Translations under genes and position numbers: made by a program | Assembly: GCF_000446015.1 (NCBI RefSeq) | Contig: NC_022093.1 | Span: 1,650,001-1,682,000, forward strand | Direction: 5' to 3' | Length of the DNA: 32,000 nt | From: Thermofilum adornatum | Lineage (GTDB): Archaea; Thermoproteota; Thermoprotei; Thermofilales; Thermofilaceae | The notes under the pieces: generated by a model | Told to the model about the DNA's origin: nothing | What the model saw: the letters and a program-made list of their open reading frames with translations, nothing else | The model's database searches: none | Shown here: in pieces, positions 1 to 8,995 of the stretch | Numbering within the stretch: the stretch's first letter is position 1 | Layout: every line of letters begins with the position of its first letter

Positions 1-111
1 AATACGAGCTGCATTTTTGGTTCGCGAAGTTTATTGCTGCAACTGAGAGGGGCAGGCAGGCTCTCAATAGGCCTGCTAGGGCGTTTAGGGTTTTGTACGG
101 GCTTGATTAGT

Positions 112-3075
112 ATGGCTCTAAGCCTTGTCCACGACGTTTTGGATCTTTATTCCCGGTATAACCCGATTCTGTATCTTGGCCTTCAGAGGGCTAGGCCTCC
201 CGTTTATCCTTATCTGCATCAAGCCGAGTTCCTTGCACGTACAATGGTTAGGGTGCCGGTCCGCGTGTTTGTTGCGGACGAGATAGGTCTCGGCAAGACT
301 GTTACAGCTATTTCGACTGCTAAGAGGCTTTCCGATCTGGGCCTTGCCAAGAGGGTTCTCATATTGGTTCCCCGGATACTTGTGAGGCAGTGGCTCCTAG
401 AGCTTGAACGCTTCGGTATAAGGGCCACAAGGATCGAGAGAGCGAACTTCCAGAGTCTTTCTTCGAGCGGTTTTCCAGAGGGTTTCTATGTCGCGTCGAT
501 GGATCTAGTTAAAAGGGAGAGGTACATGGATAAGATTCTAGGTGTTTCCTGGGACTTGCTTATTGTGGATGAGGCTCACAGGGTAGGCAAGTCATCTGCC
601 AAAAAAGAGACCCAGAGGTACAGGTTTGTCTCTAGGATTGCGGTCGACAAGTCCAAGCATATCCTTTTGCTTTCTGCTACGCCCCACCGTGGAGACCCTA
701 AGGACTATCTTTCCAGGCTTATGCTTTTGGACCCCTCCTTAACGACAGATTTTCAGAGGCTTGACAATGTGTTATTTTATAGTGCTACACAGAATGTGCT
801 GGTCTTTAGAAGAACAAAGCTCGACGTGAACAATGTCTATGAAGGTGAGAAGGTCTTTCCAGGGTGTAGTGTTTCAGCGGTGATTGTCCCTGCTACCCGT
901 GACGAGAGCGAGTTCCATAGGAGGCTTATAAGCTTCCTCAGGACGAAGATCCTCGACTACCATAATGTGAGTGGAACAGAGCCTAGGGCTCTTGGTCTTC
1001 TCAATGCTTTGATCTTTAAGAGGGCTTCATCGAGCCCGGCCGCTGCTATTAACACTATGCAGGTTATCCTCGAGAAGCGAGCATACTGGCTCCAAAATAG
1101 GGTTATTGCCGAGAAAGATTTAAGGAAAAGGATTAATCTTGCCAAGGCTCTACTCGGCACTGGTTTTGAGGAATATGAGGAAGATGTGGATCCAGACAAG
1201 GTTGTTGAAGAGTTTGCAGAAAGGTGCTCTATCCTGTTTTCTGAAAATGATGTAAGAGAGCTTCAGCATCTTGTCCAGCTCGCCAAGGCTTCGATGACTA
1301 ATGATAGCAGGCTGAAGGGCGTTGTTAGCATTGTTGAGCAACATGTAAGCATGGGCGACAAGGTAATCTTGTTTACAGAGTTTAAGGATACAGCTCACTA
1401 CGTGTTCGATGCTCTGGTGAAGGTTCTCGGCAGAGAAAACGTGAGGTTGCTCACTAGTGACGAGGCGGCCAGGGAAGAAGAGCTGATGTCGATACGTTCG
1501 TGGCTCGAGGAAAACGGGAAGAGAGTTCTAGTTGCAACTGACGTGGCATCTGAGGGCCTTAACCTCCAGGTTGCCAATGTCCTGATAAATTATGAGCCTC
1601 CCTGGTCCCCCATAAAACTGGAGCAGAGGATTGGGAGGGTTTGGAGGCTGGGTCAAAAGAAGGATGTAAATGTTTATACTGTTTTCCTTGCTGTCGACAG
1701 CGACAAGGATGTTCTAGACGTGTTGTACAAGAAGCTCGTTGCTATGGGGAGGGCTCTCGGGAAGCTCGAGAAGCCTCCAGTCGGAGAAGAGGCATACGTT
1801 ATCGACTTCGAGGAAAGGAGAGAGCCGCAACCTGTTACACTGTCTATTAAGAGTGGATCAAGGCTCAAAAAGGTAAGCGAGTACACACTTAGAAGGCAGT
1901 ACATCGAAAAGGGCAGAGAGGGCTTCGAGAGGCTCGTAGACTCTATTGCAAGAACTATACAGCAGCTCCAGAAGGATCTTGAAAAGGTTAGCGGTAGTAA
2001 GAGGCTTACACGTGAACAAATAATGCAGTTTATGGAGAAGACGACGGGATTCACTTCTTCTAAGGAGGCCTTGAGCTATGTGGCCAGACTCGTTGAAGCT
2101 ATTGGTAAAAGGTACCCGGACTTGGTGCAAAATAAGGATGGGAAAATCTATGTAAAGGCACCTGGAGGGGCCCTTGTTCCCCTTGACAAGGCACAGGAAG
2201 CTATTATCACCTTGTTGTCGAACATTGCTTCGCGCGAATCAAAGGCTAAAAGTGCTGTGCCAATAATAGTGTCGACGGGCGAGAGAGACCAGGAAGTAAG
2301 AATATATGTGGTAGGAATATCTTTTCGCGGCGGGCCCACTCTTTATAGGGAGCCTGTCGCCATTTCTGATGATGGAAGAATCTTTAGGGGCAAAGAGCTC
2401 TTAGAGATCCTGGCAAGGGCTATCGAAAACAAGTACTTTGATACAGTAGATACAGATGTCGAGAACCAGGTACCAGCAACAGACAAGCACATGTTGACAC
2501 TTCACATTCAGGGGCTCGCTAGAGATCTGGCAAATGACTATGAACGGTACAGGAGCCAAGTTGCCCAACAAAACCTGCTAAGGGAAAAGTCTCCTCAGAG
2601 ACTCATTGAAAGTCTAAGCATAGAGGAGCCAAGACTCATAGGAAAAATATTCTTCACCTCGAGAGCTTCACGTCTGTCAGAAGAGTCTCTAAGCCTGGAG
2701 GAGAAAGCCGAGATAGAAGCTGAAGCTATGCGTATCGCAATGGAACATGAGCGCCAGCAGGGCCGTGAACCCCTTGATGTACACGAAAGAGAGCACTACG
2801 ACATTTTGAGCCAAGACCCTGTGAGCGGCGAGGTGAGATACATAGAGGTAAAGGGGCACGCTGGACCCTCGCTGATGATCGAGCTTACTGAGGACGAGTA
2901 CCGTTTCGCCTCCCAGAACAGGGACAGGTATTGGATATACATTGTCAGGAATATTAAGCTTGGAAGACCCGAGCTGATACCTATAAGGGATCCTATTTCA
3001 AAGATAGATTTCCGGCCTGTTGGAGCCCTTAAGTTCGTTGGTGTTCCTAGGGGCGACTTGTATGGTACAAGTTGA
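112..3075 (+). CDS. SNF2/Rad54-family helicase with C-terminal DUF3883-like (PD-(D/E)xK fold) domain
   Basis: The ORF is open over 34..3075, with TTG at 34 and the first ATG at 112, so the start is uncertain. Motif I DEIGLGKT (GLGKT at 286-300), motif II DEAH (568-579), motif III LLLSATP and motif VI QRIGRVWRLGQ are present. The C-terminal ~100 aa read HYDILS...RYIEVKGH...LTEDEY...RYWIYIV (EVK at 2845-2853), which is typical of DUF3883. Confidence 0.85.
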   Translation: MALSLVHDVLDLYSRYNPILYLGLQRARPPVYPYLHQAEFLARTMVRVPVRVFVADEIGLGKTVTAISTAKRLSDLGLAKRVLILVPRILVRQWLLELERFGIRATRIERANFQSLSSSGFPEGFYVASMDLVKRERYMDKILGVSWDLLIVDEAHRVGKSSAKKETQRYRFVSRIAVDKSKHILLLSATPHRGDPKDYLSRLMLLDPSLTTDFQRLDNVLFYSATQNVLVFRRTKLDVNNVYEGEKVFPGCSVSAVIVPATRDESEFHRRLISFLRTKILDYHNVSGTEPRALGLLNALIFKRASSSPAAAINTMQVILEKRAYWLQNRVIAEKDLRKRINLAKALLGTGFEEYEEDVDPDKVVEEFAERCSILFSENDVRELQHLVQLAKASMTNDSRLKGVVSIVEQHVSMGDKVILFTEFKDTAHYVFDALVKVLGRENVRLLTSDEAAREEELMSIRSWLEENGKRVLVATDVASEGLNLQVANVLINYEPPWSPIKLEQRIGRVWRLGQKKDVNVYTVFLAVDSDKDVLDVLYKKLVAMGRALGKLEKPPVGEEAYVIDFEERREPQPVTLSIKSGSRLKKVSEYTLRRQYIEKGREGFERLVDSIARTIQQLQKDLEKVSGSKRLTREQIMQFMEKTTGFTSSKEALSYVARLVEAIGKRYPDLVQNKDGKIYVKAPGGALVPLDKAQEAIITLLSNIASRESKAKSAVPIIVSTGERDQEVRIYVVGISFRGGPTLYREPVAISDDGRIFRGKELLEILARAIENKYFDTVDTDVENQVPATDKHMLTLHIQGLARDLANDYERYRSQVAQQNLLREKSPQRLIESLSIEEPRLIGKIFFTSRASRLSEESLSLEEKAEIEAEAMRIAMEHERQQGREPLDVHEREHYDILSQDPVSGEVRYIEVKGHAGPSLMIELTEDEYRFASQNRDRYWIYIVRNIKLGRPELIPIRDPISKIDFRPVGALKFVGVPRGDLYGTS

Positions 3076-4312
3076 GGTCTTACAGGGCGACTCGGAGATT
3101 GGGGGCAACTGTATAAGGATACGGGACCGAGACAGGGTTCTCGTATTTGATCAAGGGCTAAGGTTTAAATGGCTAAAAAAGCTCTATGGCTATAGGCTTA
3201 GGCCCGCGGGGCCAGACGAGCTTAGAGAAGTTGGAGTTCTGCCGAGCAGGGACGAGCTAGCGGAGGCCGAGGCGCTCTACATAACCCACTTCCATTTTGA
3301 CCACTTGGGGCTTCTTGGCGATCTTCCGGACGAACTAGTCATAAAGGTGCCGTCTGTAGAGGCCTTAATGCTTATCAGTGAATGGTACGAAAATTCTCCC
3401 GACTGGACTGCATATGTTCCTCCGAGATACGCGGCGAAGATAGAAGAGTCGGAGCATAGAGTCGTAGATAAACGTGGTGTTATGGCTCTGCGTGTGCCTC
3501 ACAGCTCCTACCCCTCGGTTGCTTACCTCTATTTTGGGAGCGACGAGAACATACTTTATACTGGGGACTTCCGATTCGATAAACTCCAGGGAACCGCTCA
3601 GCTCTATCCACACACTCTTTTTGACTACTTTGAGGAGAACCCTGATATAAGGATTGACAAACTCATAGTTGAGGGTACAAACTTTGGCAGGCCAGTGTGG
3701 CCCCTATCCTGGGAAGACTCTCTACCATTGCTAAAGAAGATACTGTCTTCAAGGGTTCCACTATTTATAGCCCTCCACAGGCTCGAGTTCGACCTGTTTA
3801 TGGCCCTATATGCACTGCTTCGTGAGACAGGTCGAAGGGGTATTATCGCCTCGAAAAAACTCCTAGACGTTGTCGAGCTGTGGACTTCGCATCTCAACCT
3901 GGAGACGGAGGGAATATTCCGTGCGCCCACACTTGCCGAGAAGCCGTCCCTAGTCGAGCTTGCCGGCTACGATGATCTACGGAACCCCAGCGCATATACG
4001 GTAATCGCAGACCTCTTCGAGGTGGTAGACTTTGCTAGGGGGGCTGCAAGGGAGATAGAGCTCCAAGGGGGAATAGCCATCCTTATGATCTCCGAGCACG
4101 AGGCGGAAGAGGGGGTGGAAGAGGCCGTTGCGCTCGGCTGGCTCCGCCGCCTGGGGCTTCAGTCGTATAGGCTGAGGGTTTCTGGGCACTATTATCCCCA
4201 CGAGTTCGCTAGGCTTGTTGGGCTCGTCAAGCCGAGGGAGATAGTGCCGGTCCACACGGAGGAGCCGGAACTCATGCTTAGGGTTTTTGGAAAGGTTTCT
4301 CAAAGGGAGTAA
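3062..4312 (+). CDS. Metallo-beta-lactamase fold nuclease, beta-CASP/RNase J-like
   Basis: ATG at 3062 overlaps the helicase stop (3073-3075) by 14 nt. N-terminal GDSEIGGNCIRI, HxHxDH motif HFHFDH (3287-3304), LYTGDFRFD and C-terminal PVHTEEPE match the RNase J/CPSF-type MBL motif order. Confidence 0.7.
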   Translation: MVQVEVLQGDSEIGGNCIRIRDRDRVLVFDQGLRFKWLKKLYGYRLRPAGPDELREVGVLPSRDELAEAEALYITHFHFDHLGLLGDLPDELVIKVPSVEALMLISEWYENSPDWTAYVPPRYAAKIEESEHRVVDKRGVMALRVPHSSYPSVAYLYFGSDENILYTGDFRFDKLQGTAQLYPHTLFDYFEENPDIRIDKLIVEGTNFGRPVWPLSWEDSLPLLKKILSSRVPLFIALHRLEFDLFMALYALLRETGRRGIIASKKLLDVVELWTSHLNLETEGIFRAPTLAEKPSLVELAGYDDLRNPSAYTVIADLFEVVDFARGAAREIELQGGIAILMISEHEAEEGVEEAVALGWLRRLGLQSYRLRVSGHYYPHEFARLVGLVKPREIVPVHTEEPELMLRVFGKVSQRE

Positions 4313-4474
4313 GGAAAATGAGAGAACTTTTTCTCTTATCCTCTGTAAGTCTTCACTTTGTCATTTAATAGCGAGGTACGTAGCTATACTAGCAATATAT
4401 CAAAATAACTTTCAGTGTTATTTTAGAAAATTATCTTTACAATAATTACCTTGAGTAATTATGGTGGCAAAGTA

Positions 4475-5233
4475 ATGATAAAGGACAAATGTTACATCTA
4501 TGGATCTATACATATCTTGTTACCTCATCTTGAAAATGCATTGGACAAGGTGGATGTCGTTTTGCTTGAGGGTTTTTTAATACGGGAATGGGAGAAATTG
4601 GTGAGGAAAGATCCTGTGACAATAGTGTCTATTTTAGGCGTGCTTTTTTCGTTATTAGTTGAGAAGATAGCTTTTGGAATAGCAAGATGGTACTATAAGG
4701 TATTCCGTGGTATAGAGTTCAAGGGGGATATGTTCTCCGTGGCGACGCTGGCAAAGGAAAGAGGAAAAATAATTGAAAGAACAGATTCTGACTTTCATGA
4801 AGTATATGCTTTGAAAAAGAGTGTCTACGTGGAAGTTTTCACTGTTTTTATTTTATTTTTAGTGGGGATTCCATTGCTTGTATTGATCTTATTGACGCTA
4901 TTCATTGAAATTATAATCACAGCTAATGGTATTTTTTATTGGGAATATTTTATTCAAATTTTCCAAGTGGGGATCCAGTCTGGAATTTTAGTGATGATGC
5001 AACCGGAGCAAGCTTTCAAACTTGCTACTTTACTAGTTACAGGTGGCTTGCTTCTCAGCGGGCCGATTTTTGCCTACAGAACAATTGACATCCGTGATTC
5101 CAAGGTGGTGGAAAGAGCAACTGAATTGGTCAATTCTGGTAAAACTGTTCTAATAGTGAGAGGAAAGATGCATGTAAATGGCATAGTTAGGGAATTAGAA
5201 AAGAGGGGCATTTATTGCAAAGAGATTAACTAG
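4475..5233 (+). CDS. TraB/GumN-like membrane protein (tentative)
   Basis: AT-rich ORF, with ATG at 4475 and an in-frame TTG at 4451. N-terminal YIYGSIHIL...VDVVLLEG and C-terminal LIVRGKMHVNGIVRELEKRGIY resemble the TraB/GumN GTxH...GAGHLxG...G signature. There are several central TM helices. Confidence 0.45.
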   Translation: MIKDKCYIYGSIHILLPHLENALDKVDVVLLEGFLIREWEKLVRKDPVTIVSILGVLFSLLVEKIAFGIARWYYKVFRGIEFKGDMFSVATLAKERGKIIERTDSDFHEVYALKKSVYVEVFTVFILFLVGIPLLVLILLTLFIEIIITANGIFYWEYFIQIFQVGIQSGILVMMQPEQAFKLATLLVTGGLLLSGPIFAYRTIDIRDSKVVERATELVNSGKTVLIVRGKMHVNGIVRELEKRGIYCKEIN

Positions 5234-5329
5234 TTGTTGATGATTAGAGTCTTCTGCGCTAATAGCCTCGGACTGCCCTCCTAGTCCCCCGTAGGCAAAA
5301 ATCCTAAAAGATGCATACCGCCTGAAAAT

Positions 5330-5623
5330 TCAGAGATTATGCTTTTTGTATATTATTGCGAATCCTTTGACTCCTTGGAAGGAGGTTCCGAGTAAGAGGC
5401 TTGCCTTTGTGAGGCCTATGTTTGGGATGACTGCTGTGGCTTCGCCGTGGTTTTGCTGTATGTGGTCGAGGGCTTTTCCGAGCTCTGGTAGTTCTTGCTC
5501 GAAGTCGTCTATTGGGAGGTAGAAGATGCCCCACTGGTCGCCGTCGTAGACGTGCTTCATGTATGGAGGGTCTTTTCCCGTTTTGTCTGGGTCGCGGTTT
5601 TCGCTCGTTTTTTCCTTACTCAT
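5330..5623 (-). CDS. hypothetical protein
   Basis: 97-aa ATG-initiated ORF with a TATA-like box 20-35 nt upstream. I recognised no motif. Confidence 0.5.
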   Translation of the reverse strand: MSKEKTSENRDPDKTGKDPPYMKHVYDGDQWGIFYLPIDDFEQELPELGKALDHIQQNHGEATAVIPNIGLTKASLLLGTSFQGVKGFAIIYKKHNL

Positions 5624-5641
5624 ATGTTTCTATCTTTATCT

Positions 5642-5659
5642 CTTTATTTAAGTTTATAC
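5642..5659 (-). promoter_or_regulatory. TATA-like box for the 5330..5623 gene
   Basis: The minus-strand reading is gtataaacttaaataaag, centred about 24-32 nt upstream of the ATG at 5623. This is leaderless-type geometry. Confidence 0.4.
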
Positions 5660-5807
5660 GATTAATTGTTTGGCATGGTGATTTATCGAGGATCCGAGGT
5701 ATAGTTGCGACTTAGCTCGAGTTCTATTTTTTCATTTTCTGCGAGCTCATATTGCAGTATGGCTCCGCTTCTGCTAAAGTATCGCTTTACGTTAAGGTAG
5801 GTACATC

Positions 5808-5823
5808 TGCTTAGCGCGCGAAG
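5808..5823. repeat. GC-palindrome motif copy (ctgcTTAGCGCGCGaag)
   Basis: Direct reading. It lies in intergenic DNA upstream of vapBC-1. Confidence 0.6.
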
Positions 5824-6022
5824 AGTGGGGCGAGGCGTTCAACGTTCTTGACAGCAGGGTGGGCGAAAAGATACTCGGTCTTCTGGGGCTCAGTGTCTAG
5901 AGAGGACAAAGATACCAGTCTTTTGGGTACTGTGGTCTTTTTGAATAAGGGGGTCTGGTGTAAAAGTGGCTGTTTTGTGGCAAAAAGGCTTTTATGTCTT
6001 ATGGCATTATGTAATCAGTACC

Positions 6023-6298
6023 ATGATAAGGGCTAATATAAGTAAGGATCTTGAGAGAAGGTTTAGGGAACTTGCGATGAGGAGGTTTGGATACGGAAAG
6101 GGCTCTCTGCAAAAAGCAGTCGAGGAAGCTATTGCGCGGTGGGTTTCATGGGTGGAGGAAGAGAGCTTAAAGTTTGAAGGGGACCCCGTGGAGGCTATTG
6201 ACGGGATCCTTGCGGACCTTGATGTTGATTCGGTGGAGCTTCAGCATAGGCTTAAGGAGTTCTGGGCCTCAAAGGTGCTCAAGGATGTACCTGGTTGA
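6023..6298 (+). CDS. vapB: Ribbon-helix-helix (CopG/VapB-type) antitoxin
   Basis: The start MIRANISKDLERRFRELAMRRFGYGKGSLQKAVEEAIARWV fits an RHH pattern. It overlaps the downstream PIN gene by 14 nt. A TATA-like cttttatgtc lies at 5989-5998. Confidence 0.7.
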   Translation: MIRANISKDLERRFRELAMRRFGYGKGSLQKAVEEAIARWVSWVEEESLKFEGDPVEAIDGILADLDVDSVELQHRLKEFWASKVLKDVPG

Positions 6299-6707
6299 TA
6301 CGAACATCTTTCTCGAGGTCATGCTTTCCCGTAGGAGGAAGGACGAGTGCAAACTCTTTTTGAAGATGCTGAGGGACGGCGAAATATTGGGAACCGTGAC
6401 CGATTTCTCGGTTCACTCAATAATGGTGCTCTTGGACAGACTTAACAGGCCCGAGAAGCTGAAGACTTTTCTCCTGAGCTTGACCGGGTACAGGGGTCTA
6501 GCTGTGCACTATACGTCTATTGCGGAGGAGGTTAGAGCGGTGGAATTGGCGCGGGAGAAGAAACTGGACATAGATGATGCACTGCAGTACGCTGTTGCTC
6601 TCTCTATTGGTGCAGATGCCATAGTTTCATTCGACGAGGACTTCAGTAACTTGGAGATACCGAGGCTGGAGCCGGTCGAAATCATTGATAAAAGGAAGAG
6701 CCATTAG
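6285..6707 (+). CDS. vapC: PIN-domain toxin VapC
   Basis: MYLVDTNIFLEV..., DIDDALQY and SFDEDF supply the acidic PIN residues in the expected order. The ORF-track N-terminal extension (6174-6284) overlaps the antitoxin and shows no homology. Confidence 0.85.
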   Translation: MYLVDTNIFLEVMLSRRRKDECKLFLKMLRDGEILGTVTDFSVHSIMVLLDRLNRPEKLKTFLLSLTGYRGLAVHYTSIAEEVRAVELAREKKLDIDDALQYAVALSIGADAIVSFDEDFSNLEIPRLEPVEIIDKRKSH

Positions 6708-6876
6708 TGAATTGAAAGTACCTTTTCTTAGCAAGCTTGGGTACTCCTAGACCTGCAACATAAAATTTGTGGAAATATGGACATGCATCAAACGATTTGG
6801 AGAAAGTGACGGGCCTTTCCTCAAAGGCTTTTTGTTAAGGGCTGTCCATGCTGTCTTCTGCTGAATATTTGGGAGG

Positions 6877-6890
6877 CTTTGCACGCGCTT
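6877..6890. repeat. Degenerate GC-palindrome motif copy (ctttgcacGCGCTt)
   Basis: It shares the ctttgcac left flank with the copy at 8688-8710, but the core is shortened. Confidence 0.4.
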
Positions 6891-6954
6891 GTTGATGTTT
6901 CTCCTTGAAGATTTTACATAAAATATATTTGATTGGTTTTCAATTTTTATTGTT

Positions 6955-7725
6955 GTGGAGGAGGACGACGACTTTTGGGTGTCCTCCATAGAGTTGTATC
7001 CGAGGGCTTCACGTAGACGTAGAGTTGTAAAGGCTATAGTTGTTCTCCTCGTTATGGGTTTTCTGGTTTACCTCGGGCTTCTTTATTATTCTATGACGAA
7101 TGTTGAGGTGAGTGTTGATAGGGTTGGGTTCTCTAGTCCGGACCAGTTGCTGAACATTGTTGCTAGTCGCCGTCTCAGTATAGATGTTTATCTTAACGTG
7201 AAGGGTAGAGGTGTTTTGCCTGTAGATGTGAAGAGTTTTTCTTCGGATATTTATCTCGAGGGGCAATATGTTGGCTTCGTGAAGAGTTCCCAGCCGTTCA
7301 CTATCGAGCCGGGGGAGTCCCGTCCTGTGCACTTGGTTTTGACTCTAGATGCTTCCTCTATATCGGCCGAAAGCCTGGCAAGCGTGTTGCAGTCGGTTAT
7401 TGACCACAACGGCGAGGTCATGGTTGCGCTTGATGGTAAGGTTGAGGTTTCGGCTTTGTTTTTCTCTCTAGACGTTCCAGTGAGACGTGAGACATATGTC
7501 TTGATTGCTCCTCCTTCTCCTAGGGTCGAACAAGCAGTTTGGAGTAAAACTTCGTGTAAAGCTGGGGAAAGTGTCGATTTTCAGGTGGTGGTGAGCAATG
7601 TTTACAGATCCCAGCGCCTTACTGGAACCTTAGAGGTTGCTGTACGGGAGGACGTTGCGCTTAGCCAAGACAGGGATGCCTCTGTATACACCTATCAACT
7701 TGATCTCGCTCCCGGAGAAAATTAG
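6955..7725 (+). CDS. Membrane-anchored LEA_2/LEA14-like beta-sandwich protein, 5' part of a gene interrupted by an in-frame TAG
   Basis: GTG start at 6955, followed by a basic stretch RRRR and a TM helix. The pattern VEVSVDRVGF...IDVYLNVKGRGVLPVDVKSFSSDIYLEGQYVG resembles LEA14. The ORF ends at TAG 7723-7725 in the middle of a repeat module. Confidence 0.6.
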   Translation: MEEDDDFWVSSIELYPRASRRRRVVKAIVVLLVMGFLVYLGLLYYSMTNVEVSVDRVGFSSPDQLLNIVASRRLSIDVYLNVKGRGVLPVDVKSFSSDIYLEGQYVGFVKSSQPFTIEPGESRPVHLVLTLDASSISAESLASVLQSVIDHNGEVMVALDGKVEVSALFFSLDVPVRRETYVLIAPPSPRVEQAVWSKTSCKAGESVDFQVVVSNVYRSQRLTGTLEVAVREDVALSQDRDASVYTYQLDLAPGEN

Positions 7726-7851
7726 ACGCTTAAAGGCACGTTTAAGACTTATGCAGGAATAGGTACGAGGGGATTCTTTCTGAAGGTTTTCTGGGACGGT
7801 AGAGTTATTAGCGAGCAGCCTCCCTTATATCCTCCTAGGCTACAGGTCATT

Positions 7852-8589
7852 GTGCCAAGGGCAGTGGTTAGGGTTATTGACGCATACTGGACAGTGGGTG
7901 GTCAGAGGGTTTCTAGCTGTAAAGTAGGAGACGTAGTAACAGCTCATATAATTTTGCATGCTGAAGGTAGTTCTGTTGAGGGGCCGTTGACTATTAGAGT
8001 TCGGAAAGACCTTGCATTTATGCCTGACAAGGATCTGCAGGTAGAAAACCAGTATATTTCAATTGGCGAGGGCCAAAATAGGGAGATAACAGTGACTTTT
8101 CGACCGGACGAGCCAAGCAGTAGCTCTTTGCGGGGATACTTCGTCGAATTGGAGGGTATAGTTTCGTGGACTATGCCCGAGAACTATCCGCCCAGGCTCC
8201 AGGTTTATGCAGCATCTCCGGTTCAGGGAACTTTGGTAGTGGAGTCCGCCTGGTGGACGGTTAACGGGAGGGTTGTAACAAGCGCCATTGTTGGGCAGGT
8301 TGTTACGGCTCATGTTCGGGTGAAAGCTGTTGGAGGCAACGTTCAGGAGGTTGTGCAGGTGAGGGTCCGCAGGGACCTGGCTTTACAGCCGGACACTGAT
8401 CTAGTAGCGAATAGCTTCAATGTGAAGCTTGAGAATGGCCAGTCGATGGAGCTCACGGTCACGTTTACGGCCTCCGAAAAGTCTGGCTTGAGTTTTAGGG
8501 GATACTTCCTTGAGGTAGATTTCCTGAACTCTCAGCGTACCTGGACTATGGAGAATTCCTACCCGCCAAGGCTGAAGGTTGAAGGCTAG
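7852..8589 (+). CDS. Tandem beta-sandwich repeat protein, 3' part of the same interrupted gene
   Basis: It lies in the same frame as 6955..7725. It contains two ~120-aa repeats, each ending RGYF(V/L)E...YPPRL(Q/K)V. The in-frame codons 7726-7851 encode the end of a third repeat (RGFFLKVFW...YPPRLQV). Confidence 0.6.
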   Translation: MPRAVVRVIDAYWTVGGQRVSSCKVGDVVTAHIILHAEGSSVEGPLTIRVRKDLAFMPDKDLQVENQYISIGEGQNREITVTFRPDEPSSSSLRGYFVELEGIVSWTMPENYPPRLQVYAASPVQGTLVVESAWWTVNGRVVTSAIVGQVVTAHVRVKAVGGNVQEVVQVRVRRDLALQPDTDLVANSFNVKLENGQSMELTVTFTASEKSGLSFRGYFLEVDFLNSQRTWTMENSYPPRLKVEG

Positions 8590-8687
8590 TTAAGTTAAAG
8601 AATCTTGGGGACGTGCCTAAGAGGGATTACAAACAATGAAAATTTTCTTTGCCTTTTTAACCATGTTCTGTTATGCTCTTCTTCAAG

Positions 8688-8710
8688 CCTTTGCACTTAG
8701 CGCGCGCTAG
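8688..8710. repeat. GC-palindrome motif copy (cctttgcacTTAGCGCGCGCTAg)
   Basis: It contains the perfect 12-bp palindrome TAGCGCGCGCTA at 8698-8709. Confidence 0.65.
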
Positions 8711-8953
8711 GGAGAGGCGTAGAAAAAAATTATTTAAAGATTTTCGTACATTGGTTTTTGGTTTTTCATTTTACTGTGAAAAGCTTTATAAATCTTTAGT
8801 TTCAGTATGTTTTTAGTGCGTAGGAATTAGCGTAACTATTACTGAAGAACAGTTGAAATTAGTACTAGATAAGCTGGACCTAATAAGGATTGAACTTTTT
8901 AAACTCAGAGCTATGCTTCTGCTCAAGGAAGAGTTAAGTGAAAAGATATGAGA

Positions 8954-8971
8954 AGCGCGCGAAGCGCTTAG
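8954..8971. repeat. GC-palindrome motif variant (AGCGCGCGAAGCGCTTAG)
   Basis: Direct reading, intergenic. Confidence 0.5.
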
Positions 8972-8995
8972 TGGTGGAGGTTCCTAACCGGGCGG

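Noticed and set aside
5816-6014. Stop-free minus-strand stretch ending ...YLFAHPAVKNVERLAPLFAR* with its stop inside the GC motif
   Set aside because: It has no ATG/GTG/TTG start in a sensible position and no recognisable family. It is more simply explained as part of the repeated non-coding element.
5966-6284. N-terminal extensions of the ORF-track entries 5966..6298 and 6174..6707
   Set aside because: The recognisable RHH and PIN sequences start at the internal ATGs 6023 and 6285. The extensions overlap other features and lack homology.
8817-8950. About 44-codon frame (GISVTITEEQLKLVLDKLDLIRIELFKLRAMLLLKEELSEKI*) resembling small archaeal antitoxin-like proteins, preceded by a TATA-like box at 8784-8795
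   Set aside because: It has no in-frame start codon (GTG 8816 is out of frame by one nt). It is probably a decayed gene, and the evidence is too weak to call.
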